From Actinomycetota bacterium (lineage in GTDB: Bacteria > Actinomycetota > Actinomycetes > Actinomycetales > Microbacteriaceae), in assembly GCA_041179025.1 (NCBI GenBank), contig JBEGUF010000035.1, positions 1 to 63,716 of the forward strand: a stretch of DNA of 63,716 bases. Direction: 5' to 3'. A program made the translations under genes and the position numbers. Shown here piece by piece: positions 10,414-22,200 of this stretch. Every line of letters starts with the position of its first letter. The first letter of the stretch is position 1. The notes under the pieces were generated by a model. The model was not told the origin of the DNA. It was given only the letters and a program-made list of their open reading frames with translations, and did no database searches.

Positions 10414-11880
10414 TTAGTAGCGGTAGTGATCTACCTTGTAGGGACCTTCAACCGGGACGCCAATGTAGCGTGCTTGCGAAGGGGTCAACTTTGTTAATTC
10501 CACACCAAGAGCGGCCAGATGTAAACGGGCAACTTTTTCGTCTAGTTCCTTAGGCAAAACGTAAACGCCGACCGGATAGTTCTCACGCTTGGTGAAAAGC
10601 TCGAGCTGAGCGAGAACCTGGTTGGCAAAAGAGTTGCTCATCACGAAGCTCGGGTGACCCGTGGCATTGCCAAGATTCATCAGGCGACCCTCGGATAGAA
10701 CCAGGACCGAGCGACCGGAAGGCATGCGCCACTCGTGAACCTGCGGCTTGATCTCAACCTTTTCAACGCCCTTGATTTTCGCCAAGCCGTCCATGTCGAT
10801 CTCATTGTCGAAGTGTCCGATGTTGGCAATGATCGCTAGGTGCTTCATCCGCTCGATGTGTTCTGTTCGAATCACCGACTGGTTTCCAGTTGCGGTAACG
10901 AAAATGTCAACGGTTTCCAAAACCGACTCTAGGGTTGCCACCTGGTAGCCATCCATGGCTGCCTGAAGTGCGCAAATCGGGTCGACTTCGCTCACAATCA
11001 CACGCGCACCCTGACCAACCATGGCCTCGGCCGCACCCTTGCCCACGTCGCCGTAGCCTGCGATGAAAACCGTTTTGCCACCAATCAGAACGTCGGTGGC
11101 GCGGTTGATGCCATCAGGAAGTGAGTGACGAATGCCGTACTTGTTATCAAATTTGGATTTGGTAACCGAGTCGTTCACGTTGATACCGGGGAACAGTAGT
11201 TCTCCGTCTTGGAACAACTCGTAGAGGCGGTGAACTCCGGTAGTGGTTTCCTCAGTTACACCGATCAGCTCGGACGCGATTCTAGTGAAACGGTCTTTGC
11301 TCACCGAGAGCGTTGAGCGAAGCAGATCAAGGATTACCGAGAATTCGTGTGAGTCGTCTGGGCCGGTAGCCGGAACGGAACCCGCCAACTCATACTCGCG
11401 GCCCTTGTGAACCAAGAGGGTGGCGTCTCCGCCGTCGTCGAGAATCAGGTTTGGGCCGATGTAGTCGGCACCCTCGGCCTCGGCCTCGGCAGACCAGTCG
11501 AAGATGCGCTCGGTGCACCACCAGTACTCTTCGAGGGTTTCGCCCTTCCACGCGAACACCGGAACACCCGCCGGAGCCAACTCGGTGCCATTTCCAACCA
11601 CGGCGGCAGCCGCGGCTTCGTCCTGGGTTGAAAAAATGTTGCAAGATGCCCAGCGAACTTTTGCACCGAGAGCAACCAGAGTCTCGATGAGCACCGCTGT
11701 TTGCACGGTCATATGAAGCGAGCCGGCGATGCGAGCACCCGCCAAAGGCTTCTTACTTTCGAATTCTTCGCGAAGGCTCATCAGGCCGGGCATCTCATTT
11801 TCGGCGAGGCGAATTTGGTGGCGGCCAGCTTCCGCAAGCGAGAGATTGGCTACGCGGTATTCGAAATCAGTCTTCTGCAT
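10414..11880 (-). CDS. ahcY: Adenosylhomocysteinase
   Basis: [41 protein letters not shown]. Confidence 0.99.
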   Translation of the reverse strand: MQKTDFEYRVANLSLAEAGRHQIRLAENEMPGLMSLREEFESKKPLAGARIAGSLHMTVQTAVLIETLVALGAKVRWASCNIFSTQDEAAAAAVVGNGTELAPAGVPVFAWKGETLEEYWWCTERIFDWSAEAEAEGADYIGPNLILDDGGDATLLVHKGREYELAGSVPATGPDDSHEFSVILDLLRSTLSVSKDRFTRIASELIGVTEETTTGVHRLYELFQDGELLFPGINVNDSVTKSKFDNKYGIRHSLPDGINRATDVLIGGKTVFIAGYGDVGKGAAEAMVGQGARVIVSEVDPICALQAAMDGYQVATLESVLETVDIFVTATGNQSVIRTEHIERMKHLAIIANIGHFDNEIDMDGLAKIKGVEKVEIKPQVHEWRMPSGRSVLVLSEGRLMNLGNATGHPSFVMSNSFANQVLAQLELFTKRENYPVGVYVLPKELDEKVARLHLAALGVELTKLTPSQARYIGVPVEGPYKVDHYRY

Positions 11881-11912
11881 GAGATAAGTTTACGCGCACT
11901 AAACTCATGGCT

Positions 11913-12317
11913 ATGGCAGCGATACGGGCACGGCGAGAGAGACACGGACGCATTGCTCGCGGCTCGCTACTGGCCCATCTTGGAGCCGGCCGATCACTAA
12001 GTTTTTTCGAAACAGTGGTTTCACAGACGGTTGATTTTCTTAGAACAGCGTGGCCAGAGGAGTTGTCGAAACTTGACTATCGCCTGAAAGATGCACCTGA
12101 TGGGTCGGACCCGAAAAGTGAGGTTGCCCGCTACAGCGTGAACCAAAAGACCTTTCGAATCACTATTTATCGGTTACCGATTGAACGGATGACCCACCAC
12201 CGCAGAACCGACCGCATGGACGAGCGTTTTCACATTGAACAGTTTGTGTTTCAAGCTGCCGCCGAACTAATTGGCAAAAACCCGGATGATCTGATTCCAG
12301 ACCAATTCAAGCGCTAG
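11913..12317 (+). CDS. Zincin-like (DUF1025-type) metallopeptidase-family protein
   Basis: RRERHGR..RG N-terminus, ITIYRLPIER, AELIGKNPDDL; start 11913 (7 nt after TAAACT) or 11907. Confidence 0.7.
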   Translation: MAAIRARRERHGRIARGSLLAHLGAGRSLSFFETVVSQTVDFLRTAWPEELSKLDYRLKDAPDGSDPKSEVARYSVNQKTFRITIYRLPIERMTHHRRTDRMDERFHIEQFVFQAAAELIGKNPDDLIPDQFKR

Positions 12318-13663
12318 CGAACGACAACTTTTAGCTGGCCGGTAACCGAGCGGTAGTCGAGAACTGGAACTACTGCAATTGCCGAGGCAATATCAACGAC
12401 ACTACTCGCTGCGATTGGCACTGTGGAGCTTAGACGATAAGTAGTGGCCGGAGCCAACGCGATAACCAAGTTAGATTCGGCTGGAATCGACTGGGTGCGG
12501 CCGTTGATTGTGAAGGCTCCCGCTTTCGAACCTGGATTCACCAGCGACAGTTTGCTGATGGCTCCGGGCACAGTGGTGAAACCAGCGTCTAACCTAGTTG
12601 GATTCACGGCAGAAGCGATAGCTAAATCGGGTTCCCCGGCGCCGATTCGATTGAAACTAGCCGAAGCCATGACGGGTTCATTCGAGGTAATTTGAACAAT
12701 GTAGTTTCCATCGGCCAGATCGGTGAGTTCGAAATCTCTCACCGTTCCCGCAGGAACGGTACCTTGAATCACTGTTCCAAAGCTGGTGCCATCGGCACCC
12801 TGCACCTGGGCGGTGAACACGACTTCTTTATCTCCTGGCGCAACCACTCGAAGATAGGTTTTCGTATCGGCGTAGTCTGAATCACTCGCAGCGAGAGTAG
12901 AAAGTTTCGCAGCCTCTCGAATGAACAGCCCAGGTATTTGCACGACTTTCTCTGCCGCAGGGGTTGGCGCAACCAAATCGAGACCACCCGGAGTGAGCCC
13001 TCGAATTGCCTTCTGTTGCAGCCACATACCCAGAGCCGCACCCCTAGAAGAAACCTGCACGGCGAACGTTGCTACCTTGGGAGCAAATGCGGCTAGTGGA
13101 AGCACCGTGACCTTGCCAGCCGGTGCCGAAATGCCGCTTAGGCCTGTTCCCTGAATCGGCCCGTCGGTTCCTAACAACTGCAGGCTAACCGAGGCATCCA
13201 CCCGGCTCGGGTTCACCAAAATCAACAGCGCTTCGCGACCAACACTATTGTCGCCAGCAACAAACCAGGCATCGTTTTGCCCGGGCAAACAGTTTGTGGC
13301 TGCCAAACCAGCCGCCAACTTTTGGCTGGAGCGCTGCGACTGAATGGCGTTGAATTCCTTCGAGGCGGCCGACTCCCCTTCGAGCGTTCGGTGTCCAGCC
13401 GCGGTGGTGGCGATGGTAACGGTTCCGTCTACGCCGGTGATGGCAGCCAAACCAGACTGGGTGAAATTTCCCAGCTTTAATCCGGTGTCGCCACCATTTA
13501 CGTAAACGGGCCCGGCGCAAATAAGTTGTGGTTGCCTCGGCTCAACCTGAACAGTTTGCGCCTCGTTGATTGAACCCACCGAGGTTTTAGGAAGATCGGC
13601 AAACACCGCTAGCGATGAAGCCAGACCAAGAATCAAAAGCAGAGAAAGGAGTCGTTTAAACAT
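12314..13663 (-). CDS. DUF5719-like secreted protein
   Basis: Signal peptide; LAATNC, LILVNPS, RGLTPGGLD; follows the large GT2 as in other Actinobacteria. Confidence 0.7.
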   Translation of the reverse strand: MFKRLLSLLLILGLASSLAVFADLPKTSVGSINEAQTVQVEPRQPQLICAGPVYVNGGDTGLKLGNFTQSGLAAITGVDGTVTIATTAAGHRTLEGESAASKEFNAIQSQRSSQKLAAGLAATNCLPGQNDAWFVAGDNSVGREALLILVNPSRVDASVSLQLLGTDGPIQGTGLSGISAPAGKVTVLPLAAFAPKVATFAVQVSSRGAALGMWLQQKAIRGLTPGGLDLVAPTPAAEKVVQIPGLFIREAAKLSTLAASDSDYADTKTYLRVVAPGDKEVVFTAQVQGADGTSFGTVIQGTVPAGTVRDFELTDLADGNYIVQITSNEPVMASASFNRIGAGEPDLAIASAVNPTRLDAGFTTVPGAISKLSLVNPGSKAGAFTINGRTQSIPAESNLVIALAPATTYRLSSTVPIAASSVVDIASAIAVVPVLDYRSVTGQLKVVVR

Positions 13664-16427
13664 CTAACTCACTCTCACTCTGGTCGATGAAAATTGTTGT
13701 GTCCTTAGCTCGTTTAACTCTCGGGCGAGAAGGAATCGCCAACAACACAAAACCGAGCAGGGCCATAAGTTGCATGATTTTTGTGATTGACCAAGGGTTC
13801 TGGTTGATAGCCGGTGCGTCTTCGGCCGAAGTTCCCAGCACCCTCCATAGATCGCCGTAAGGAGTGAGGCCGGCTCCCTCTAAAATCGTGGACGATTCAA
13901 GGGCGGAAACCAGGTTTGCGTTCTCCGACGAATTTGGAACAAGTACGTAGCCGATGGAACTAGCTTTGAGTGTCTTGCCGTCGGCCGCTCCGTTACCCGA
14001 GGCCAGGTCGCCAACCACTTGGGCCAGTTTTTGGTTCTCCTCGGAAGCCTGTGTGATGACTCCGGAGAAACGGTAAGCGATATTGGAGTCCTCTAGGTGA
14101 CTGCCGGAAAGTTCAGTAATTTCCGCCCTAAGTTCGTCCTGGTTTTGATTGATGACTAGAAGTCGCAATTGCGTTCCCTGTTCGTATTGTTTCTGAAGCA
14201 GTAGAGGAACGACCGCGCCATCAACCCCGACGACTTTCGGCGATGCAACGAATGCTTCAACACCGAGCGGAATGAGTGACAAAGTGGCCAGACTTGCCGT
14301 TAGCGCGAGAACCAGTTTGCGGTTTAAGGATGCCAAAAAGTGAACCGCGAGAGCGATGATTACTAGACCAATCAGTGCTGCCAATGCGTGGCCGCTGCTG
14401 GAAACGCTCAACTGACCGGCTCTTGCCGAAAGCAGATCTGCGGGGAACGAAAGCGACTGGGTGAAGATCAGAACGGCAAATGTCAGGATTCCGAAAGCTG
14501 CGAGCGAAAGACTAACTACCCAACGCTTAACCAACAGTGCTGAGATTGCGAGCAATGGGAAAATCGCGAGTGGCCAGTGCATCCAGTTCGAAATACTGAC
14601 CACCGCAGCAAGGGCCGACGGATTCACGCTTACCCCGAGAGTTGGTTCGGCGAGCAGTGCTAGCGGTGAGCCGAGCGTGAAAACTACATAACTGAAAAGC
14701 GGAAGGTAAATAACTGCTAGCGGAAGCGGGATCCAGAAGAGATAGCCGAAGCGTCGAATCTTGGTGAAGGCCACCAGAGCCAAACCAACGAGTGCCAGAA
14801 TTGCGAGCACCGGTGTTGACGCACCGAGGATTGCCAGGAGGAGCCCTGCTAGCCCCACCCAGGACCACGTTCTGGAATCAGACCTGGCCGATCCGCTTCG
14901 TCCCAATCCGGCAGCACGCGCAACGGCGTAAACCAGCCAGGGAATCACAATTGTGGAAACCACCGCTGGATACTCGCCCGAAGCCACCGCATCGCCAAAC
15001 GCTGGTAGCAACGCGTACCCGGCTGCTCCGAGGTTTCGCTGCCAAGCCTTCGGCGTGATTAGTGAAAGCGCCTTCCAGGCGGTAACAAAGGCCAGAGCTT
15101 TGGCAAGCCAGAGCAAGATCACGAGCGAAAGGCTCGGCGACCAGAAAGTTAGTGAACCGAGCGCGAGAAGCACCCAGTTGAATGGGTCCGATGGCCCGAA
15201 GAACCCGGTACCGATTGGTTGAAAACTGGCTCCGGCGCGAGCAAAGACGCTGAACCAATCTTGCGCCAAAGGCAGCGCTGAACCACCCTGCACTGCCTGG
15301 GCCAGCGGAAACAGTTTCCACGAGAGAGCTAGGAAGAGAGTTACAAAAATCCAACCGGCTGCCTGATTGAAGTTCTTTACTCGCTCTTGGGCCACCGTTT
15401 CATGGTCGCCGCGTTCGAAAGCGGCCAGCGAATTAGCCGACTCTTCCGCTTCCAGATCGGAGCGTTTATGAGCGCTCACCACCTGCCAGCTGGCGCGCAA
15501 GGGTTTTAGGCTACTAGTTGGCGATTTGCCGGAATTGGCCCTGGATGCCAACCTTTTCGGCAGGGTGAAGATGCCCCAGAAGCCCGCTCTAAGCTCGGCT
15601 CCAAGGTAGCCGGGACGTTTCTGAGCCAGACGCCAAAACACCCGGTAGACCGTGAGCAACGGCAGTGCTAGCCAGTAGAGCAGCGCAAGAGGTAAGGCGT
15701 CGTGCACCAAATGCAGATTTATCACGGCACGGCGATTGGCAGTCTTCGCGCTGCCCCTCAACCAACCACCTTTTCGTTTGCCCGACAACGACAGACCCGC
15801 GTGAACCACTTTGGCGCGCGGTGCAACCACGACTCGGAAACCGTGGCGCCGGATTCGCATTGACAAATCGAAATCTTCGGCGAGAGCGGGCGCACGATTG
15901 TCTAAACCACCAACGGCTTCGTAAACATCGCTTCGTACCAGCATTCCGGAAGTAGAAACGGCCAACACATCGGTCACTTGATCGTGCTGCGACTGATCGA
16001 GTTGGCCACCGATTGGGCTGATTAGTTCACCGAAGCGAGAAAGCGTGAGCCCCAACTGGGAAATCTTTCGGTTGTTGTCGAAGCCGAGCTGCATCGGGCC
16101 AACCTGCGCGATGTGCTCAGAGTTCTCGGTGGCTTTGAGTAGTTCGGCCAGCGCGTTGGGATGAGGTTCGCTGTCATCGTGAACAATCCAAAGCCAGTGC
16201 TCATTGGTTGCCGGAAGGTTGGAAACACCCGCTTTGACAATCTCGCCCAAACGGGATTTGACGGCAACTTTAACTGTGGGATGAGAAAGCTCGAGAGGAA
16301 CCTTAGATGAATCGACTACCAGAATTTGTTCGGGGGTAATCGTCTGTTTTTGAATTGCTTCGAGAGCCCGCTGTGCCAAAACCGCCTCGTCGTGTGCGAC
16401 GAGTATTACGGTTACCGAACTGGCCAC
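13656..16427 (-). CDS. Large glycosyltransferase family 2 integral membrane protein
   Basis: N-terminal GT2 (WLWIVHDDSEP, GMLVR) followed by many TM helices; downstream of whiB. Confidence 0.88.
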   Translation of the reverse strand: MASSVTVILVAHDEAVLAQRALEAIQKQTITPEQILVVDSSKVPLELSHPTVKVAVKSRLGEIVKAGVSNLPATNEHWLWIVHDDSEPHPNALAELLKATENSEHIAQVGPMQLGFDNNRKISQLGLTLSRFGELISPIGGQLDQSQHDQVTDVLAVSTSGMLVRSDVYEAVGGLDNRAPALAEDFDLSMRIRRHGFRVVVAPRAKVVHAGLSLSGKRKGGWLRGSAKTANRRAVINLHLVHDALPLALLYWLALPLLTVYRVFWRLAQKRPGYLGAELRAGFWGIFTLPKRLASRANSGKSPTSSLKPLRASWQVVSAHKRSDLEAEESANSLAAFERGDHETVAQERVKNFNQAAGWIFVTLFLALSWKLFPLAQAVQGGSALPLAQDWFSVFARAGASFQPIGTGFFGPSDPFNWVLLALGSLTFWSPSLSLVILLWLAKALAFVTAWKALSLITPKAWQRNLGAAGYALLPAFGDAVASGEYPAVVSTIVIPWLVYAVARAAGLGRSGSARSDSRTWSWVGLAGLLLAILGASTPVLAILALVGLALVAFTKIRRFGYLFWIPLPLAVIYLPLFSYVVFTLGSPLALLAEPTLGVSVNPSALAAVVSISNWMHWPLAIFPLLAISALLVKRWVVSLSLAAFGILTFAVLIFTQSLSFPADLLSARAGQLSVSSSGHALAALIGLVIIALAVHFLASLNRKLVLALTASLATLSLIPLGVEAFVASPKVVGVDGAVVPLLLQKQYEQGTQLRLLVINQNQDELRAEITELSGSHLEDSNIAYRFSGVITQASEENQKLAQVVGDLASGNGAADGKTLKASSIGYVLVPNSSENANLVSALESSTILEGAGLTPYGDLWRVLGTSAEDAPAINQNPWSITKIMQLMALLGFVLLAIPSRPRVKRAKDTTIFIDQSESELDV

Positions 16428-16447
16428 GAGCTAACTCCTGAGAGTTA

Positions 16448-16759
16448 TTAGGCGCGCTTCTTTAGCTTGCGACGCTCACGCTCAGAAAGGCCGCCCCAGA
16501 TTCCAAAGCGCTCGTCATTGGCAAGTGCGTACTCGAGACACTGGGCCTTCACATCGCAGCCGGCGCAGATGCGCTTCGCCTCGCGAGTTGATCCGCCCTT
16601 TTCAGGAAAGAACAGTTCTGGGTCTGTTTCTGCGCAAACCGCTTCGGCTTGCCAAGATAGTGGATTGTCATCATCGGTAGCGTATGCCCCCGCGACACCA
16701 AGGAATTGTGGGTCAACAAACCAGTTTGCTGGAATTCCGTTTTCGTCTCGCATCATCAA
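16448..16759 (-). CDS. whiB: WhiB-family Fe-S transcriptional regulator (WhiB2/WhmD type)
   Basis: CAETDPELFFPEKGGSTREAKRICAGC...C and GIWGGLSERER. Confidence 0.96.
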   Translation of the reverse strand: MMMRDENGIPANWFVDPQFLGVAGAYATDDDNPLSWQAEAVCAETDPELFFPEKGGSTREAKRICAGCDVKAQCLEYALANDERFGIWGGLSERERRKLKKRA

Positions 16760-16891
16760 CCTAACTCTTGCCGCGGCTGAACTAACCGCGGTGTAATTAC
16801 AATGATGTTATTACCTAATTCGCAAAATGCGAAATCCAACTCTAAACCCCGCGTTGAAGCCTGATTTACCGCCTTTGGTAGTCTAAAAGGT

Positions 16892-17854
16892 ATGACAATT
16901 TTACTCACCGGCGGTGCTGGATATATCGGTTCGCACGTGGTTCGTTTACTACAGCAGCGCGGTGAAGTCGTCGTGGTAGTTGATGACCTCTCCGAAGGAA
17001 TCGAAGCCAGGATTGGCGACGCGAAATTGGTGCAATTGGATCTCGCCTCGAAAGATTCGGTTGAAAAACTAAAGCAACTTTTTACCGAAGAGCAGGTTCA
17101 TTCTGTAATTCACCTAGCGGCGCGTAAAAAAGTAGGCGAATCGGTTGAGCGCCCCGACTGGTACGAAGAGCAAAATGTTGGCGGGTTGAAAAACCTCCTT
17201 CAGGCCATGCGTGAGACCGGTGTTGATCGGCTCGTTTTCTCATCATCGGCAGCCACCTATGGTGTTCCCGATGTTACGCAGGTAGACGAAGACTTTGAGT
17301 GCAAACCAATCAACCCTTACGGCCAAACGAAACTCGACGGCGAGCGACTAGCTCGAGAGGCAGCTGAGCTGTGGGGTCTTCGTGAGGTAAGTCTTCGATA
17401 TTTCAATGTTGCTGGTACCGGCTGGCCAGAACTAATGGACACCCAGGCCGCGAACCTGGTGCCGATTGTTTTCCAGTCACTTACTCGAGGTGTGTCTCCC
17501 AGAGTGTTCGGCAACGACTTCCCCACCCCAGACGGCAGTTGTGTGAGGGATTATGTGCACGTGCTCGATTTGGCCGAAGCGCACCTTGCCGCAATCGACT
17601 ACCTAGAAAGAGAAGAACGACCCTTCGACGTTTTCAACGTTGGTACCGGGGTTGGTTCCAGCGTTCTAGAGGTGATTCAGGAAGTTGCTGCAGTTTCAGA
17701 AACTGAAATCGTGCCAATTATCGAACCACGTCGCCCCGGCGACCCAGCGGCCTTGGCAGCCGATGTAAGCCGCATCCAAAAAGTGCTCGGCTGGCGTGCA
17801 AAGCACAACCTTCACGACATCATCAAATCTGTCTGGGAAGCACAGTCCAAATAA
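16892..17854 (+). CDS. galE: UDP-glucose 4-epimerase
   Basis: TGGAGYIGSH, SSSAATYG, YGQTK, LRYFNVAG, RDYVHV. Confidence 0.95.
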   Translation: MTILLTGGAGYIGSHVVRLLQQRGEVVVVVDDLSEGIEARIGDAKLVQLDLASKDSVEKLKQLFTEEQVHSVIHLAARKKVGESVERPDWYEEQNVGGLKNLLQAMRETGVDRLVFSSSAATYGVPDVTQVDEDFECKPINPYGQTKLDGERLAREAAELWGLREVSLRYFNVAGTGWPELMDTQAANLVPIVFQSLTRGVSPRVFGNDFPTPDGSCVRDYVHVLDLAEAHLAAIDYLEREERPFDVFNVGTGVGSSVLEVIQEVAAVSETEIVPIIEPRRPGDPAALAADVSRIQKVLGWRAKHNLHDIIKSVWEAQSK

Positions 17855-19210
17855 ATGGAAGCAATCACCACCTCGATTCGCGTAATCGTCGACCGGTCAG
17901 CGGCCGGCTACAGAACGCGATTCTCAATCGCCTACGCGGCACTTTTCGTGCTCATGGGCGGAGACGCGGTGCGTTATGCGATTGGTTGGACTGCCTGGGC
18001 AGTAGTTCTCGGGGTGCTACTTGTAGCCACCCTGGTCAGCCTGTTCCGAGGAAACTGGCGCGAAACATTCAAGCGGGTTCCTTGGCCGCTTTCCGCCCTG
18101 CTCGGCCTAATGCTGCTCGGCTCGCTCTGGTCTAACTACGCACTGGTTAGCGCCGGCGCGGCAGTTGTGCAAATTGCTACAACGGCTTTTGGGGTCTACT
18201 TGGCCGCGGCTTTCGACTGGCGTGAAATTCTGCGGCTCTTCGGAAATACCTTGCGCACCATTATTTACGGCTCGGTTCTTTTCGAACTCTTCGCAGCAAT
18301 TGTGATTCAAGGCCCAATCGAGCCCTTCTTCCCCAACTATGACGGCGATCACCCCCCGGCTGTTGCCTTCTACTGGACGCAGGGAAACCTTTTCTCAGAC
18401 GATCGAATTCAGGGGATTGTTGGAAACTCCAACATGCTCGCCTACATGTCGATGATTGCGGTAGTGGTCTTTGCAATCGAGCGAGCAGCTAACACCACTA
18501 GCCGCCTCACCACTATTCTCAGCTTCGCCGCCACTCTCCCCATGTTGATTCTTTCGCGTTCGGCCAGCATCGGTTTCGCTCTGGCGGCCGTTGCGGCGGC
18601 AGCCATTGTGTCAATCGCCGCAGAGGGTAAAGAGCGCGATGTTCGTCATCGTTACTATCGAATCGCCTGGGCAGTGGTTGGAATTGGGGCACTCTTCGTG
18701 CTCACTTATCGTGCCCAGATTTTCAGCCTGATTGGGAAATCTCCCGACATGACCGGCCGAACCAAAATCTGGAAGATTGTGCTCGATCTCATCGATGAGA
18801 GACCGCTTCAGGGGTGGGGCTGGAGTTCCTACTGGGTTCCCTGGGTTGAGCCCTACGACGGCCTCGTGGTTATCAACAATGTTCCCTACTACCAAGCTCA
18901 CAACGCGTTCCTCGACGTCTGGCTGCAACTTGGAATCATAGGACTAGGTCTATTCCTGCTGCTGGTTGGAGTTACCTTCGTACGCGTTTGGAGGCTCGCC
19001 GTCAGGCACACTAGCCCGCTTTATCTCTGGCCGATTTTGGTATTCGTTGGCATCGTTACCCAAAATCTAACCGAGAGCCGAATCTTGGTTGAAATTGGCT
19101 GGGTGATCCTGGTGCTGTTCGCCGTGAAAGTTTGCGAACCCGCGTCAAACCTCGAGCCCCTTGGAAACACGGTGAAGCTCTCACGCCTGAAGCGTTTAGC
19201 TAAACGCTAG
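17855..19210 (+). CDS. O-antigen ligase/polymerase (Wzy_C)-family membrane protein
   Basis: Multiple TM helices; MTGRTKIW, RPLQGWG, AHNAFLD motifs. Confidence 0.85.
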   Translation: MEAITTSIRVIVDRSAAGYRTRFSIAYAALFVLMGGDAVRYAIGWTAWAVVLGVLLVATLVSLFRGNWRETFKRVPWPLSALLGLMLLGSLWSNYALVSAGAAVVQIATTAFGVYLAAAFDWREILRLFGNTLRTIIYGSVLFELFAAIVIQGPIEPFFPNYDGDHPPAVAFYWTQGNLFSDDRIQGIVGNSNMLAYMSMIAVVVFAIERAANTTSRLTTILSFAATLPMLILSRSASIGFALAAVAAAAIVSIAAEGKERDVRHRYYRIAWAVVGIGALFVLTYRAQIFSLIGKSPDMTGRTKIWKIVLDLIDERPLQGWGWSSYWVPWVEPYDGLVVINNVPYYQAHNAFLDVWLQLGIIGLGLFLLLVGVTFVRVWRLAVRHTSPLYLWPILVFVGIVTQNLTESRILVEIGWVILVLFAVKVCEPASNLEPLGNTVKLSRLKRLAKR

Positions 19211-22200
19211 GGAAGAATCAGCACCTGGCCGCGCTGGAGCACGTCGGTGGATAGTTTATTTAGGGTTCTCAAGACACCCCTAGAAGTTTTGAATTTCACC
19301 GCGACTTTGTAAAGAGTGTCATTAGCAACAACCACATAACTGGTTGGGTTTAGCTTCGGTAGGGCGGCAATCAACTCGGCCGAAACCAGAGCGGCCGGCG
19401 TTTGATTGCCGAGCATTGCGGTGTACTCGGCCGGGGTGCGAATAGGCCTTAGCTTTCCTGCAACCACTTTGTATTTGGCAGTTCCATTGGCCACAAATAC
19501 CCCAACGCGCGTTGTGGTTGGTCGGAGCTTCTGACAGGTTTTGGAATCAAGAGCTACCTCAGACCTGGGCCACTGCGCTGAGGTTTCAGAATTGAGAAGT
19601 AGCGGAACCCCTTGGTCGATTAGGTAGGTGCTGCCGCCACAGGCAACCTTCTGCCAGTCGAGAGTTGAAGCCGTGTTGTATCCGCTTAGATCGGCTCTGG
19701 TAACGAGCTTCAATTTCGCTTTGGTGAAGGCCTGTGCGGTTGTCGTCGAAATCCGCAAACCCCTGGCGAAACCATCGATTAGGTAGATGTTCCCCGACTC
19801 TTGCACTTTCACCACACTGGCCGGCGCCAAAGCCTTAGGCCCAACGGCAATTTGAGAAATGAGGTATTTCGGCCAAACCTGCGCCACGCCCGAGGCCGCT
19901 AGAGGAAGCAATTTGGTGGTCTCGGCAGCGTCGAAAACTGGGCGCGCCTTTTTGCCAGAAATTAGGAAACTGCTGGTGGCGGTTAGGGATTCCTTCACAA
20001 CCAGTGGCGTGGTGAGAACTACGTTGCTGGCGGTATCGATTTTGTCGATTACCACGTTTGGAAGGTTAACCGGAGTGGCGATATTTTGAACATCGGTGAC
20101 TGGCTGTTTACCCTGTGCCGTGAGCAAGAAGCCTCCGCTAGCGCTAGTAACGAAATTGGAGAACTTGACCCCTTGGGTCAGTTTCGCAATGGCCGCCGCC
20201 GTGAGTGTTCCTGAGGATTTGTTGAATCGCCAGGCCGTTGAGCTCTTGATGTCGTTGTAGAGTTCGGTGGCCATCGGATAGTAAACGCCACTAATGTAAA
20301 GGCCGTAACCGTTTGCGTCGGTGGTTTTGAAAACGTTGTTATCTGCGATGATTGGCGCCCCGAGCGGCAGAGCTTTAAAGTGCAGTGCGGAAAGTGCACT
20401 AATTGCAGGCGGGGTTGCCAGAAGAGCTGTGAGGCTGGCGCTGTCTAAGATTTCTCGCCTCGTGCCGTTTTCAATGAGATAGCTCACGCCGGTTGTTCGC
20501 ACGTGGGTCGTGACGAAGGCAGTTGAATTACCCAACGGATAATTTGCAAGTTGGGTTCCGGTCAGCGTTGGCAGAACCGAAAAATCAGCGCCAGATCCAA
20601 AGGTGCTTGGCGAAATTGCCTTGGCGGTGGCAACGTTCAGGATTCGATATTTTTTGGAACCTAACAGGAAGTAGGCCAACCCGTCGGTGCCATTAACCAT
20701 TCGTGCAGGGTCAGTCTTGGTGGTGATACTCGCTAGGTAGGAGGCCGGCACTACCCCGGTGGAACCTAATCCGGAATAGCTAGGCAGGTCTGCCTCAGCG
20801 AGCGGGTGTTTCGTCAAATAATCGTCGACGAGGTAAACGGTTGGGCTGGTGCTGGATTTGATGAGAAGTGGTGAGGGCAGAGTTGCTAACTGCGGTTGAG
20901 AAGCTAAGACGGCCTTGGTTATGTCTAATCCCATCGCAGCGGCCTGGGTGGAGTTCACCACAAACTTGTGAGGCCCATTGATGTAGTACGTCTTGGTATC
21001 TGACTTGAGAAGAGAATTCATGGCGTTACCGGTTGGGAACTTAGAGAGGTAATCAGCCGTAACCGTTACGGTACTCCCGAATTTCGACATCGAGGTCAGC
21101 ATGGCAGAACTACCCACGAGGTGTTTGTTACTGCCGCTCAATAGATAAGTGCTTGAGCTGCCGCTTGATTTCATAAATACAGCAGTTGGAATTCGAGCCA
21201 ATTTGGTTGACTCAATCGTGGTTACCGAATTCCAGTTGTGACCCAAAGCAGAGGCAGCAGCTGGCGTTCCGATTGGGATTTTTAGTCCGCCCACTATGTC
21301 GAATCGGTTTCCACTCGAGTCTTGCAGCATCTGAGTTACTGGCGTTGTGAGAGTGAAGCGGTTCAACAGGTCGTCCTGGAAAACCGCTGTAGTGCCCATG
21401 GCCGACAAGGTCTTTAGTTGTGCCGCGTTACTGATCAGAGCCCTAGTGGTGCCTTGGAGTAAAAACACTTCGTCGGTCGTTGCCGATTTGGCGAAGGTAA
21501 GGTCACCGAAGTTTGAAATCTGCACATCGGTTATCACCGGAGCAGTAATCCAGTCGAGACCTAGCGCTGCGGCCTGGGTCGAAGTCGAAATCCTATACTT
21601 TTGACCCGAGGTAATCAGATAGCGCGCTCCGGTTGCGTCGGAAACCAGGTTCTTGAGTTCCCCGCCATCGGTGAAGCTCGACATATAGGCATCCGAGACG
21701 GTACCGAGTGGACCTAGTGGGCCAAAATCGGAAATCATGGCTTGGCTAGTGATCAGGTACCGCTTAGATGTGCTTTGGTTCACTAGGTATGTTTCGCTGG
21801 TCGATGACTTTAGTAGGTAACCACCGGCAACAGGGGAACCAAACCAGGTCCAGAACTGTCTCCAGAAATTTCTGTTGCCATAGGCGCTGCAACTATTTCC
21901 TTCGCCCCATAGGTTGTCGAGGGCTGCCTTGTTTGGCGCGTAGGGGGTGTAGTAGTAAAGCTTGGCCGTTGCCTGGCTTTTGAGTTTGAAGCTCTGGCGA
22001 CCACACGAAGCGTTTGGATGATTTCCCATCGAAATAGTGTTGCCAGGCTTTAGGTAGGTGAAACTGCCTCGGGGATCGCCGTACCATTTCAATTGCCACG
22101 CGCCGCGATACAGCTGCCAAAATAACCTGGAGTTGGCGTTCGAGTCCTGTCCGCAAATCTGTGGCGCAGAGTCTGGGCAGCCATATCCCATGGCGGCCTT

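Noticed and set aside
11472-11489. (CCTCGG)x3 tandem repeat
   Set aside because: Encodes the AEAEAE stretch in an AhcY loop; too short for phase variation
11881-11912. Possible SAH riboswitch upstream of ahcY
   Set aside because: Only 26-32 bp of intergenic space and the gene appears leaderless
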